Below are positions 7,614 through 15,187 of a DNA stretch of 20,000 nt, piece after piece. Both the position numbers and the translations under genes were made by a program. The stretch is from an uncultured virus (IMG/VR IMGVR_UViG_3300048581_000026) (Duplodnaviria; Heunggongvirae; Uroviricota; Caudoviricetes). The stretch lies in IMG/VR virus record IMGVR_UViG_3300048581_000026; one strand, 5' to 3'. The number at the start of each line of letters is the position of its first letter. Positions within the stretch are counted from its first letter, which is position 1. Under the pieces are notes generated by a model, which had not been told where the DNA came from, did not search any database, and worked only from the letters and a program-made list of their open reading frames with translations.

Positions 7614-10271
7614 ATGAGCATCACCGTCATTTATGATAACTGGGGAACCACGCTCAGCGCGGCAATCACAGCCTCGGCAACTTCTATCCCACTTTCAGCG
7701 TCTTTCCCAACTCTTCCTGCAGGAAGTGTTTCTTACCTGACACTGGCCGATCCCACCAACACCATCCTGGAAGTAATTCAGATAACTGTTGGTGGTGGCA
7801 CTCCAACTGCTGTCCGTGGTGTGAATGGAGTAAACCAAGCATGGCCATCTGGCACTACCATTGAGCTGCGTGACTGCGCTGAAGCTATCGCTGGGATGTC
7901 TTCTCCTGGCACTATACCTTATGCCTTCACGAGCAGCCCTGATGCTCTTACCTTCCAGCAGGTTATGGATGCTCGTGGCGTAGACATCCGCCACTTCGGC
8001 GCAGTAATGAACACCACTGCCGATCAGACCGCAGCCTTCACAGCAGCTATAGCAGCGCTGACTCTGGTTGGCGGGGGCACCATCATCATTCCTCCTGGAT
8101 ATCTGCTGGCCAATATTGTGATCCCTGGCGGATCAGGTGGCATCCGAATCTGTGGTGCTGGAAAAGCTAACATCCAATCTGGGTCAACAATTCTTAACTA
8201 CATAGGACCTTACAACAATGCTCTGCCTGTGATCAAGATTGGAGATGGCACTGCATTGGTCGAAGGCTGCCACATTGATAGCTTGTGTCTCTACACCCCA
8301 TCTGGATCTGGAACCGCTGGAATTTTGTTCTACGATGGTGCTTACAAGTGCAGCGCAGACCACGTCCAGATAATGGGGTTCGCCACATACGGCATTGAAT
8401 TTACGAACGCCAATCTGCACCCCAACTCGTTCAACAATTTGCACGACATTACTGTGCAGTCTAGCCAGCCTCTTGGTGCTGGGATTGTAATTATGGATCC
8501 TGGTGACCAGACCCATGGCTGGACAAGCGCCATCACCATAAGCGACTTCAACATCACTACGCAGTATTACCAGCTCTATGGGTCTGGAGGAAGCATAGCA
8601 TTCTCAAATGGCTATTTCCAAGGCTCATATTCTGGATACGGCATCTACCTTGGCGGGGCCCAGATCTCATTTGCAAATTCATACATGGATTCAGTTTCCA
8701 ATCCGCCAACTGGGTTCAACTTTGTCTCTGTGACGTTGGATATGGCCACAGACTATCGTTCTAGCAACTTCAACAATGTGCAAGCATTCCTTGGACAGCT
8801 TAACGCAGCAGGCACCATGCTTGTTCTTGCTGCGCACACTACAGGATCCATAACCACGGGTACAGCAGCACTCGCTGTGTCCTCTGCTGCAGGTTTTGTT
8901 CCTGGCCGGCAGGTTCAAGTGGCAGGTGCAGGAACCTCTGGCATTCCACTGATTGCATCTGTGGTGTCAGTGTCAGGCCTGGTTGTTACACTGGACACCA
9001 ATGCAAGCACCACTGTATCCTCGGTAGACACAGCCTATGGCGATATTGCTCCGATCGAGTGTGCTGGCACATCATCTTCTAACATTGCTACGCCAGGTCT
9101 AGTGTTTGCCTATGGAGCAAGTCAGCCCAAACTTGGACCAAGCTGGCTGACTTGCTCCATGGAGAGATTGTCAGGAGCTGGGACCTCAGCGCCTTTCAAT
9201 GGCAGCAATCTACTGCTTTCCACAAGCTATAGCACTGCTTTCGATGTTTTGCAGCCAACCCAAACTCCGATCCCTGTCACATCAATCAGCCAGTCTGGCA
9301 CCACTGTGACGGTCACCACCACTTCTGCCCATGGCTTACAGACTGGCGATGGCATCCAGCTAATAGGAGCAAATGAGGCAGGAATCAATACGCTCTGGGC
9401 TCTGATTACTTACCTCACAGCTACAACATTTTCATACACCTCTGCCACCAGCATCACGACAGGATCAGCCACAGGAACATTTGTGCTGCAAGCTTTCGGG
9501 CTCATAAGCTTTTCTCGTGGGGATCTGCGCATCGGCAGTCTTTCCATGAAAGCTTCGACGGGCACCTCAGGACGGGTGCTCTATACCGACAACAGCGACG
9601 CCAATTTGAACTTCAAAACTCCCGACACAACCAATGGTGTTTTTGCGGTGGCCTGGGGTAGCAGCATCACCACAGGCATGGGCTGGGGCATTGGGCCTTC
9701 GTCTGGCTACCACGTGAAGTTCACTGGCAACGGGGTCGTGCAGCTCATTGCTGCGGCAGCACCGTCTTCGTCAAGTGGCTGGGGCCAGTTCTACTACAAC
9801 ACTACAGACACCCAATGCCATGCCATGAATGGGGCTGGGAATGATGGTGCTATTCTCACCACTGCCAGAGCACTAACAGTGCACACTGCCGCTGCGCCCA
9901 CTTCCACTGTATCCACTACGGCAGTCATGATGGCTGCTGGTGGCACCATCACACCAGTGCTATCTACCCGCGCCATGATCATGATCTCTGGCCAGATGGC
10001 TAATTCCACAGCAGGAGATGGAGCTACTGTGGATGTTCGCTACGGCACAGGCACTGCTCCATCTAATGGTTCTGCTGTCACAGGAACTCTGGTGGGTATC
10101 GCCCAGTCCAGCACGAGTGTTTCGGCTGGTCAGAAGTCTGGCTTCTGTGTCTGTGTTCCCATCACAGGACTGACGGTGGGCACTGCGGTCTGGGTTGACT
10201 TGAGCCTAATGGCGGTCACTGGCGGAACAGCCTCAATCACAGGTGTGACAGTCTCTGTTGTGGAAGTTTGA
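7614..10271 (+). CDS. Tailspike / pectate-lyase-like beta-helix receptor-binding protein (putative depolymerase, 885 aa)
   Basis: N-terminal anchor ('TTLSAAITASATSI...VRGVNG...AWPSGTTIELR'), then a Pectate_lyase_3-type start 'VDIRHFGA...DQTAAFTAAIAA...GGGTIIIPPG' at ~7980, parallel beta-helix rungs and additional C-terminal domains. Confidence 0.85.
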   Translation: MSITVIYDNWGTTLSAAITASATSIPLSASFPTLPAGSVSYLTLADPTNTILEVIQITVGGGTPTAVRGVNGVNQAWPSGTTIELRDCAEAIAGMSSPGTIPYAFTSSPDALTFQQVMDARGVDIRHFGAVMNTTADQTAAFTAAIAALTLVGGGTIIIPPGYLLANIVIPGGSGGIRICGAGKANIQSGSTILNYIGPYNNALPVIKIGDGTALVEGCHIDSLCLYTPSGSGTAGILFYDGAYKCSADHVQIMGFATYGIEFTNANLHPNSFNNLHDITVQSSQPLGAGIVIMDPGDQTHGWTSAITISDFNITTQYYQLYGSGGSIAFSNGYFQGSYSGYGIYLGGAQISFANSYMDSVSNPPTGFNFVSVTLDMATDYRSSNFNNVQAFLGQLNAAGTMLVLAAHTTGSITTGTAALAVSSAAGFVPGRQVQVAGAGTSGIPLIASVVSVSGLVVTLDTNASTTVSSVDTAYGDIAPIECAGTSSSNIATPGLVFAYGASQPKLGPSWLTCSMERLSGAGTSAPFNGSNLLLSTSYSTAFDVLQPTQTPIPVTSISQSGTTVTVTTTSAHGLQTGDGIQLIGANEAGINTLWALITYLTATTFSYTSATSITTGSATGTFVLQAFGLISFSRGDLRIGSLSMKASTGTSGRVLYTDNSDANLNFKTPDTTNGVFAVAWGSSITTGMGWGIGPSSGYHVKFTGNGVVQLIAAAAPSSSSGWGQFYYNTTDTQCHAMNGAGNDGAILTTARALTVHTAAAPTSTVSTTAVMMAAGGTITPVLSTRAMIMISGQMANSTAGDGATVDVRYGTGTAPSNGSAVTGTLVGIAQSSTSVSAGQKSGFCVCVPITGLTVGTAVWVDLSLMAVTGGTASITGVTVSVVEV

Positions 10272-10306
10272 TGTTCACTGTCATGTCTTGAGAAAGGCTG
10301 GCAGAG

Positions 10307-11947
10307 ATGTCAACATCAGGAAGCCTCAACAAAGCAAAAATTGGACTATTTCGTCTGAATGGTGGCGCAGCCCTGGTGCTGCCATTCACTTGCAGCTCCT
10401 ATGCATCTATGCCAAATGTTCTTGGCTCTGCATCAGCACTTGAAGGAGAATTGGCATCTTCTTCTGGATCTCTATCCATTCATGGATCTGGATCAGGAGT
10501 GCACAGCTTTGGAGCAGCAACAGCTATTTCTCTTGCTGTTGCTGGAGCTGTTTCTGGATTGCACGGAACAGCAGGCAGCACAGCATCTATTGTGTCTATG
10601 TCTGGTGCTGTGCAAGGTGGCCATGGGGTGTCAGGGTCATCCAATTCAGCAATAAGTGCAATACAAGGTGCAATTTCCACTGGTCATGGACTCGCAGGAT
10701 CCAGCACACTCAGCATCCCACCCCCACAAGGATCAGCCACAGGGAACTATGGCACGTCTTCTGTGTCAGCAAATCCACAGTTCGCCAGATTTAATGCTGC
10801 TAGACTAGGTCTGTATCGTTTTAATGCTGGCCTAGCAGCATATGTTGTCAAAGGATCAGTGCAAAGTGCTGCCCTGGTTATCTATGGACAGGCTCTTGGG
10901 TCACCTGTGGCTGTCGGGAATATATCCAGCCTACTGGCAATCTCTGGTTCTGCCACAGCAGCCTCCGGCTCCGTTGGTTCAGGTTCCTCAGCACTAGTTA
11001 TATCTGGCTCTTCATCTGGTCTTGTTGGAACTGCCTGTGCATCAAATTCAAGCATAGGAACTCCAGCAGGATCTGGCGCAGGAGCACAAGGAGCAGCTGG
11101 GGAATCCGGAGTTTTTGCGACAGAATCTCTAGTTCTTGGTGGTATCCTTTCTGGTTTGTGTGGAGAAAGTGCTCAGTCTTCAGGATCTCTGTCTGCTGTT
11201 CTTGGCTCTTCATCTGGCAATCATGGCGCTTCTGGTTCAGTTACATCTCAGGCCCTGACAGAAATAATGGGGCTGGCAGCAGGACTGTTTGTTGTGATGA
11301 GTGTCAGCACAGGACAGTTGCAGATAAATGGTTCTTCTTCTGGGATACATAGCATTGCAGCTTCTTCTGTCTCTTCTGCTGAATCTATCCATTCTTCATC
11401 CTCTGGAGCTGTTGGATCATCTGGCAATGGGCAATCATGGATGCCAGCTATTTCTGGTTCCGCTGCAGGTAGCCATGGAATTGCAGGTGGCGGATCTGGT
11501 TCGGTTTCTGCAATCTATTCTGTGTCTCTGTCAGATCATGGCACTGCTGGCTCTGGCACTTCTTCATTACCAGCAATACTTGGATCATTGTATGCAATAC
11601 GTGGAGTAGCTGCATCTGTTGTTGGGACAATAAGTGCTATTTCTGGATCGTCAACTGGTGCAATGCTTGTGGCAGGAACGATCCCAGCACAAGCTTTACC
11701 TGTTCTTGGCGGATCGGTAACTTCCCTGTGTGGTGAATCTTCATACACAGTCAGCAAGCTTCCCTCTGTGGTAGGTTCTGTGTCTGGTCTGTGTGGATCA
11801 TCAGGTGGTATATCTGGGCCAGTCCCTGCTATTGGTGGTAGGGCTACAGGGTGGGCACCATATCCATTGCCAATTGATAAGAATTGCACTTATCTTGTTC
11901 CTGGTGAGATTCGCGTCCATGTAGTTGAAAGGAGATTTGAATCATGA
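10307..11947 (+). CDS. Ser/Gly/Ala-rich repetitive fibre protein (546 aa)
   Basis: Degenerate ~20-22-aa repeats ('G.HG.AGS...S...I.G'), with a C-terminal 'YLVPGEIRVHVV' just before the adaptor gene. Confidence 0.75.
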   Translation: MSTSGSLNKAKIGLFRLNGGAALVLPFTCSSYASMPNVLGSASALEGELASSSGSLSIHGSGSGVHSFGAATAISLAVAGAVSGLHGTAGSTASIVSMSGAVQGGHGVSGSSNSAISAIQGAISTGHGLAGSSTLSIPPPQGSATGNYGTSSVSANPQFARFNAARLGLYRFNAGLAAYVVKGSVQSAALVIYGQALGSPVAVGNISSLLAISGSATAASGSVGSGSSALVISGSSSGLVGTACASNSSIGTPAGSGAGAQGAAGESGVFATESLVLGGILSGLCGESAQSSGSLSAVLGSSSGNHGASGSVTSQALTEIMGLAAGLFVVMSVSTGQLQINGSSSGIHSIAASSVSSAESIHSSSSGAVGSSGNGQSWMPAISGSAAGSHGIAGGGSGSVSAIYSVSLSDHGTAGSGTSSLPAILGSLYAIRGVAASVVGTISAISGSSTGAMLVAGTIPAQALPVLGGSVTSLCGESSYTVSKLPSVVGSVSGLCGSSGGISGPVPAIGGRATGWAPYPLPIDKNCTYLVPGEIRVHVVERRFES

Positions 11948-12264
11948 TCAATGCATTCTTTAATGATCCTGTATTTGGTCTCAGTGTATTGCTTGATCCG
12001 CGTGCCTCTAAGACATTCTCCTTGGACTGGGGCACTGAGTGGCTTGATGCTGGTGATGCCATACTTACAACTACATGGAATGCAGACACAGGCATGACAA
12101 TTGTTGGCTCCAGCATGGTTAACAATATAACCACAGTGGAACTAATGTGTGCTGTTGCAGGAAACTACAATGTCACAAACACAGTGACTACGGCCGGCAT
12201 CGCTGGCTCACCAGGCATTACAGATGCCAGAACATTCACAGTTCAGGTCAGGGAGGTGCGATGA
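11944..12264 (+). CDS. Fibre adaptor-like Ig-fold protein (106 aa)
   Basis: 'DP....FSLDW..WL..GD.I....W', 'YNVTNTVTT', 'DARTFTVQV' resemble phage fibre-adaptor proteins. AGGAG SD and ATGA overlap. Confidence 0.75.
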   Translation: MINAFFNDPVFGLSVLLDPRASKTFSLDWGTEWLDAGDAILTTTWNADTGMTIVGSSMVNNITTVELMCAVAGNYNVTNTVTTAGIAGSPGITDARTFTVQVREVR

Positions 12265-12656
12265 TGATTGTTATGCAAGGAACTCCACCTATTATTGTCT
12301 CGCAGCAGTTTGAGGCCTGGGCTTATCGTGGTGTTATAGCTGTTCTATTCTATGTGGTTGGCTGGATGATGGTAGAACGCATCAAACACCAGAATAAAAT
12401 CTGGGGTGTTGTTCAAGACAACAAAAAGAATAGCGAAATAGCACTTGCAGAAGCAAGAAAAGAATTCACAACTGCATTGAAAGAAACAATGCAAAATTTT
12501 AGTGGATCTCTTGGCCAGCTGAATACCACAGTCAAAGAAGTAGGTGACACTCTAAGAGCACTACAGCTCACCATTGGTAAAGAATATGCAACCCGTGTTG
12601 AACTGCGTGATCTTCGTGATGAACTCAAGCAGGAAATCAGGGATAAAGACAGCTAA
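12261..12656 (+). CDS. Single-TM coiled-coil membrane protein (holin/antiholin-like, 131 aa)
   Basis: GGGAGG SD and tandem ATGATG. One hydrophobic helix 'GVIAVLFYVVGWMMV' followed by a long coiled coil. Confidence 0.6.
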   Translation: MMIVMQGTPPIIVSQQFEAWAYRGVIAVLFYVVGWMMVERIKHQNKIWGVVQDNKKNSEIALAEARKEFTTALKETMQNFSGSLGQLNTTVKEVGDTLRALQLTIGKEYATRVELRDLRDELKQEIRDKDS

Positions 12657-12808
12657 TGCCTGATCTGTGGAGAGACCCATATGGGTGGCTTGGTCCAGAT
12701 GACTGGCCTTATTGGCCCAAAGGCTCAGAATTTGGCGAGGCACCCAATTCCTGTGGAATCAGAGATGGTGAAATGTGCTCTTCAGAAGCAAATATAACGT
12801 ATAATTAA
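12656..12808 (+). CDS. Small Trp/Pro-rich hypothetical protein (50 aa, MPDLWRDPYGWLGPDDWPYWPKG...)
   Basis: Not in the ORF track. TAATG overlap with the upstream stop, and it fills the gap. Confidence 0.45.
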   Translation: MPDLWRDPYGWLGPDDWPYWPKGSEFGEAPNSCGIRDGEMCSSEANITYN

Positions 12809-12857
12809 GTTGTAAATTGCCACATTCCTGTGGCCTAACCGTCCCTAGGAGGACAAA

Positions 12858-13115
12858 ATGAGTGCTTCCAATTTCCTTTCTGGACTTGAGACCGTTGCTG
12901 CGAAGGGCGAGACTGAACTGTCCGCAATTCTTGCACAGGTCACTGCCCTGCAGGCTTCTCTGCAGGCTGTTGGTGTGGCTTCCCCAGTCATGGCTTCCCT
13001 CGCAGCCAATCTTCTGGTTGCTGAGGCTTTCCTCAAAATGGCGGTGACTGATACCACTCCCTTTGTGACTGCACTTGAACAGGCTGTGGCTGCACTCATC
13101 GCAGCTAAAAGCTGA
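12858..13115 (+). CDS. Ala/Leu-rich amphipathic helical protein (85 aa)
   Basis: Strong AGGAGG SD at 12847-12852. Confidence 0.8.
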   Translation: MSASNFLSGLETVAAKGETELSAILAQVTALQASLQAVGVASPVMASLAANLLVAEAFLKMAVTDTTPFVTALEQAVAALIAAKS

Positions 13116-13128
13116 GGAGATATCTACT

Positions 13129-13353
13129 GTGAGCGACAAGATTGATATTCCAGCTGCTGTTGTGTCTATGTGCTTTAAACCTTCTACCTGGCTGGCGGTT
13201 GGAGCCACAGCACTGGTTGCTCTGATGGTTGGGTGCTTGGCATTTAAGACCATTCCTGCACCACAGCTTGATGCTTTCAAGACTGCTCTCACATTGATTG
13301 TCGGTGCATGGATCATCATCGTTAAAGATGTGTTCAAGGGTGAGGAGAGCTGA
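13129..13353 (+). CDS. Two-TM small membrane protein (class II holin-like, 74 aa)
   Basis: GAGGAG SD, GTG 13129, two hydrophobic helices and a charged C-terminal tail 'KDVFKGEES'. Confidence 0.65.
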   Translation: MSDKIDIPAAVVSMCFKPSTWLAVGATALVALMVGCLAFKTIPAPQLDAFKTALTLIVGAWIIIVKDVFKGEES

Positions 13354-13809
13354 TGAAAGTCCTGTATGCTAGATCACCAACTCCAATCTCTGTGGCAATA
13401 CGGATTGACACATGGAGTTCTTGTAGCCATGTTGCTCTTCTGGAATCCGATGGCCGTCACATCATGGAGGCTCGTTTCCCAAAAGTTAGGAGAATTCTTC
13501 TGGAAGAATTCCTCACAGACAATGGAGAGGTGTGGTGCAAAGACATCTACTGTAGAAATGAAGCCAAAGCACTGGCGTGGGCAAGAACACAGATCGGACA
13601 CAAATACGACTGGTCTGCACTGCTTGGATTCCCATTGCATCGGGACTGGTCACACAGGAGAGTGGTGGTGTTCTGAGTATGTTGCCATGGCTTTTGAGAA
13701 AGGGGACACTCCCTTGTTTGACTCGGAAGTTATCAACCGCATTGTCCCAGAACATATGGTCATCATCCACGGAACACCTGTTCTGAATTTCAATCCTGTG
13801 ATGATCTGA
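13353..13809 (+). pseudogene. Permuted papain-like NlpC/P60 (YiiX/YebB-type) enzyme, split by a frameshift at ~13651-13656
   Basis: The first frame has 'SHVAL', 'IMEAR' and 'QIGHKYDW' and stops at 13676. The +1 frame continues with 'WWCSEYVAMAF' and 'RIVPEHM' to 13809. Confidence 0.85.
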
Positions 13810-13820
13810 AACATTTACAG

Positions 13821-13870
13821 AATAAATAGATAATGGGCTCAGCACATGGGCCCATTATCTATTTATTTTT
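13821..13870. terminator. Bidirectional intrinsic terminator-like inverted repeat
   Basis: AATAAATAGATAATGGGC (13821-13838) pairs perfectly with GCCCATTATCTATTTATT (13850-13867). It is followed by Ts and sits between the convergent blocks. Confidence 0.85.
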
Positions 13871-13916
13871 ACGCCATTTAGTCACTGAAGCGCATATGTC
13901 ACCTCCTGATAAAAAA

Positions 13917-14117
13917 TCAATCACTCCAATCTGCTGTTTCTTGCTGAATTAATTCTTCTGAAGATATATCTGTTTCTTCCATGCATTGAGGACAATAGAC
14001 GAAACCACGATACCTTCCATTGCCATCTCTAGCTATATGAAGTCTCTGTGGTGCCATTCGAACGTAATCCCAGCAGCCAAATTCACACAACAGACCGAGA
14101 CATTCCCGTTTGGCCAC
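13917..14117 (-). CDS. Small Cys-rich hypothetical protein (CPQC motif, acidic tail)
   Basis: GTG start 3 nt after the upstream stop, with AGGA about 10 nt upstream. Start is uncertain. Confidence 0.5.
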   Translation of the reverse strand: MAKRECLGLLCEFGCWDYVRMAPQRLHIARDGNGRYRGFVYCPQCMEETDISSEELIQQETADWSD

Positions 14118-14120
14118 GCA

Positions 14121-14453
14121 TCACAGTCCTGTGCTGCCATTGCCAATGCTGCCTATGCTTCTGTTGCTTTCACCAGAAATTAGACCTGGTTTTTTGTCTT
14201 TATCTTCCTGATCCTCTGCCAGCTGGACGGCATGTTCATGAGTGACCATGTCAAGATGAAGTCCATCTTCCAGGTCTCTGACAAAGACAGCCCCATTGGG
14301 GAATTTCTTCTCCAGTTCAATAATATCCTGTGGGGTAATTGTCTGGCTCCCACCCATCTTAAAGATCAGCAGTGCACAGATCTTGTGCCACTGGATGTGC
14401 ATAGGGACCAGACGGCCATTGGCCTCACCATTGACTTTATCATTATCGTCCAT
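14121..14453 (-). CDS. Hypothetical protein (110 aa)
   Basis: AAGGAG SD before ATG 14453. Protein-like core 'QWHKICALLIFKMG...GLHL'. Confidence 0.75.
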   Translation of the reverse strand: MDDNDKVNGEANGRLVPMHIQWHKICALLIFKMGGSQTITPQDIIELEKKFPNGAVFVRDLEDGLHLDMVTHEHAVQLAEDQEDKDKKPGLISGESNRSIGSIGNGSTGL

Positions 14454-14454
14454 G

Positions 14455-14880
14455 TCATTTCTCCTTGGGACATCTGCTGTTGAATTTCTCAATCAAATGC
14501 TCCAGCTCCACATCCTGAGCCATCAGGTGCTGCTGAATGCTTGTGCTCTCGTGAAGGATTGCCTCCACATCCTTATATGTGTCATCTGCTTGTTTGTCAG
14601 CTGCATCGCCACTTACCTTCTGACCGACCATGATTATTGACAACAGGACCAGCTGAAGAAAGGTCTGTGCAATCCACGCAATGAGAGCAGCCAGACCAGA
14701 GTGAATTGCCTCTGGTAGACTCAGAAGGGCAAGAATGGCAAAGGCATAGGCACACCACATGGTTCCAACACCTGCTGTGATCTTCACCCCAAGCCATGAA
14801 TTAAATGTGTCTGCCTCCTTATTCAGCACCCTACCTTTTCGCAGCTCGATGTGTGGATGCGGAATGTGTTCATACAACAT
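14455..14880 (-). CDS. DUF1003-like membrane protein
   Basis: 'ITAGVGTMWCAYAFA', 'QTFLQLVLLSIIMVGQ', then a coiled-coil tail. Confidence 0.75.
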   Translation of the reverse strand: MLYEHIPHPHIELRKGRVLNKEADTFNSWLGVKITAGVGTMWCAYAFAILALLSLPEAIHSGLAALIAWIAQTFLQLVLLSIIMVGQKVSGDAADKQADDTYKDVEAILHESTSIQQHLMAQDVELEHLIEKFNSRCPKEK

Positions 14881-15187
14881 GTTTATACCTATCTTCTATG
14901 GCAGAAAATATTTCCCGCAGAATATCTGGCTCCATTCTGAAGTCACGAAACGCATGAGTAAAAGCACTCAATGGAACACCATGCTGCAGGCCAAGTGAAA
15001 CTGCCACAGCAAATGCATTGAGCACGTCCCGGCTGAATGTTCCCTCTTTGCTGGAATCAAGGAAAATTTCCCCCAGTGATCCATCTTCATATTCCCCAGT
15101 CGAAACATGAACCGAAAGTTGGCCTGAACCTGCAGTGAAGCTTATGCCTCTGCGCCTGTTCGGAAGCTTTTCCCTTGGACTCGTCAT
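14870..15187 (-). CDS. Stand-alone TSCPD-like domain (related to the class II ribonucleotide reductase C-terminal region)
   Basis: 'REKLPNRRRG', 'STGEYEDGSLGEIFLD..KEG', 'NAFAVAVSLGLQHGVPL'. Confidence 0.85.
   Translation of the reverse strand: MTSPREKLPNRRRGISFTAGSGQLSVHVSTGEYEDGSLGEIFLDSSKEGTFSRDVLNAFAVAVSLGLQHGVPLSAFTHAFRDFRMEPDILREIFSAIEDRYKHVV

Noticed and set aside
12770..12810. Full sigma70 promoter around TATAAT at 12800
   Set aside because: No -35 element at 16-18 nt spacing. Kept only as a remark in the cluster finding.
13220..13240. Lipobox-like 'LMVGC' suggesting a spanin lipoprotein
   Set aside because: The Cys is about residue 36 and a second TM follows, which fits a 2-TM protein better.
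12759..13337. 192-aa antisense ORF and other shadow ORFs in the track
   Set aside because: They lie opposite or out of frame to well-supported genes with SD sites and have no motifs.
14048..14080. tRNA-like 3' end on the - strand (GTTCGAAT...CACCA)
   Set aside because: CCA follows the T-loop by only a few bases, leaving no room for T and acceptor stems. No cloverleaf can be built and the sequence lies inside an ORF.
14085..14125. TGA read-through or selenocysteine (L-TGA-C) joining the in-frame ORFs 14453-14121 and 14117-13917
   Set aside because: The downstream hairpin is only 5 bp with a 3-nt loop, the downstream GTG has its own AGGA, and no selenoprotein family is recognisable.
13929..14173. 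Alternative - frame interrupted only by two TAGs, suggesting amber recoding
   Set aside because: TAG is a genuine stop for conserved genes (ends at 2651, 3796, 5920, 6974), so the standard code applies.
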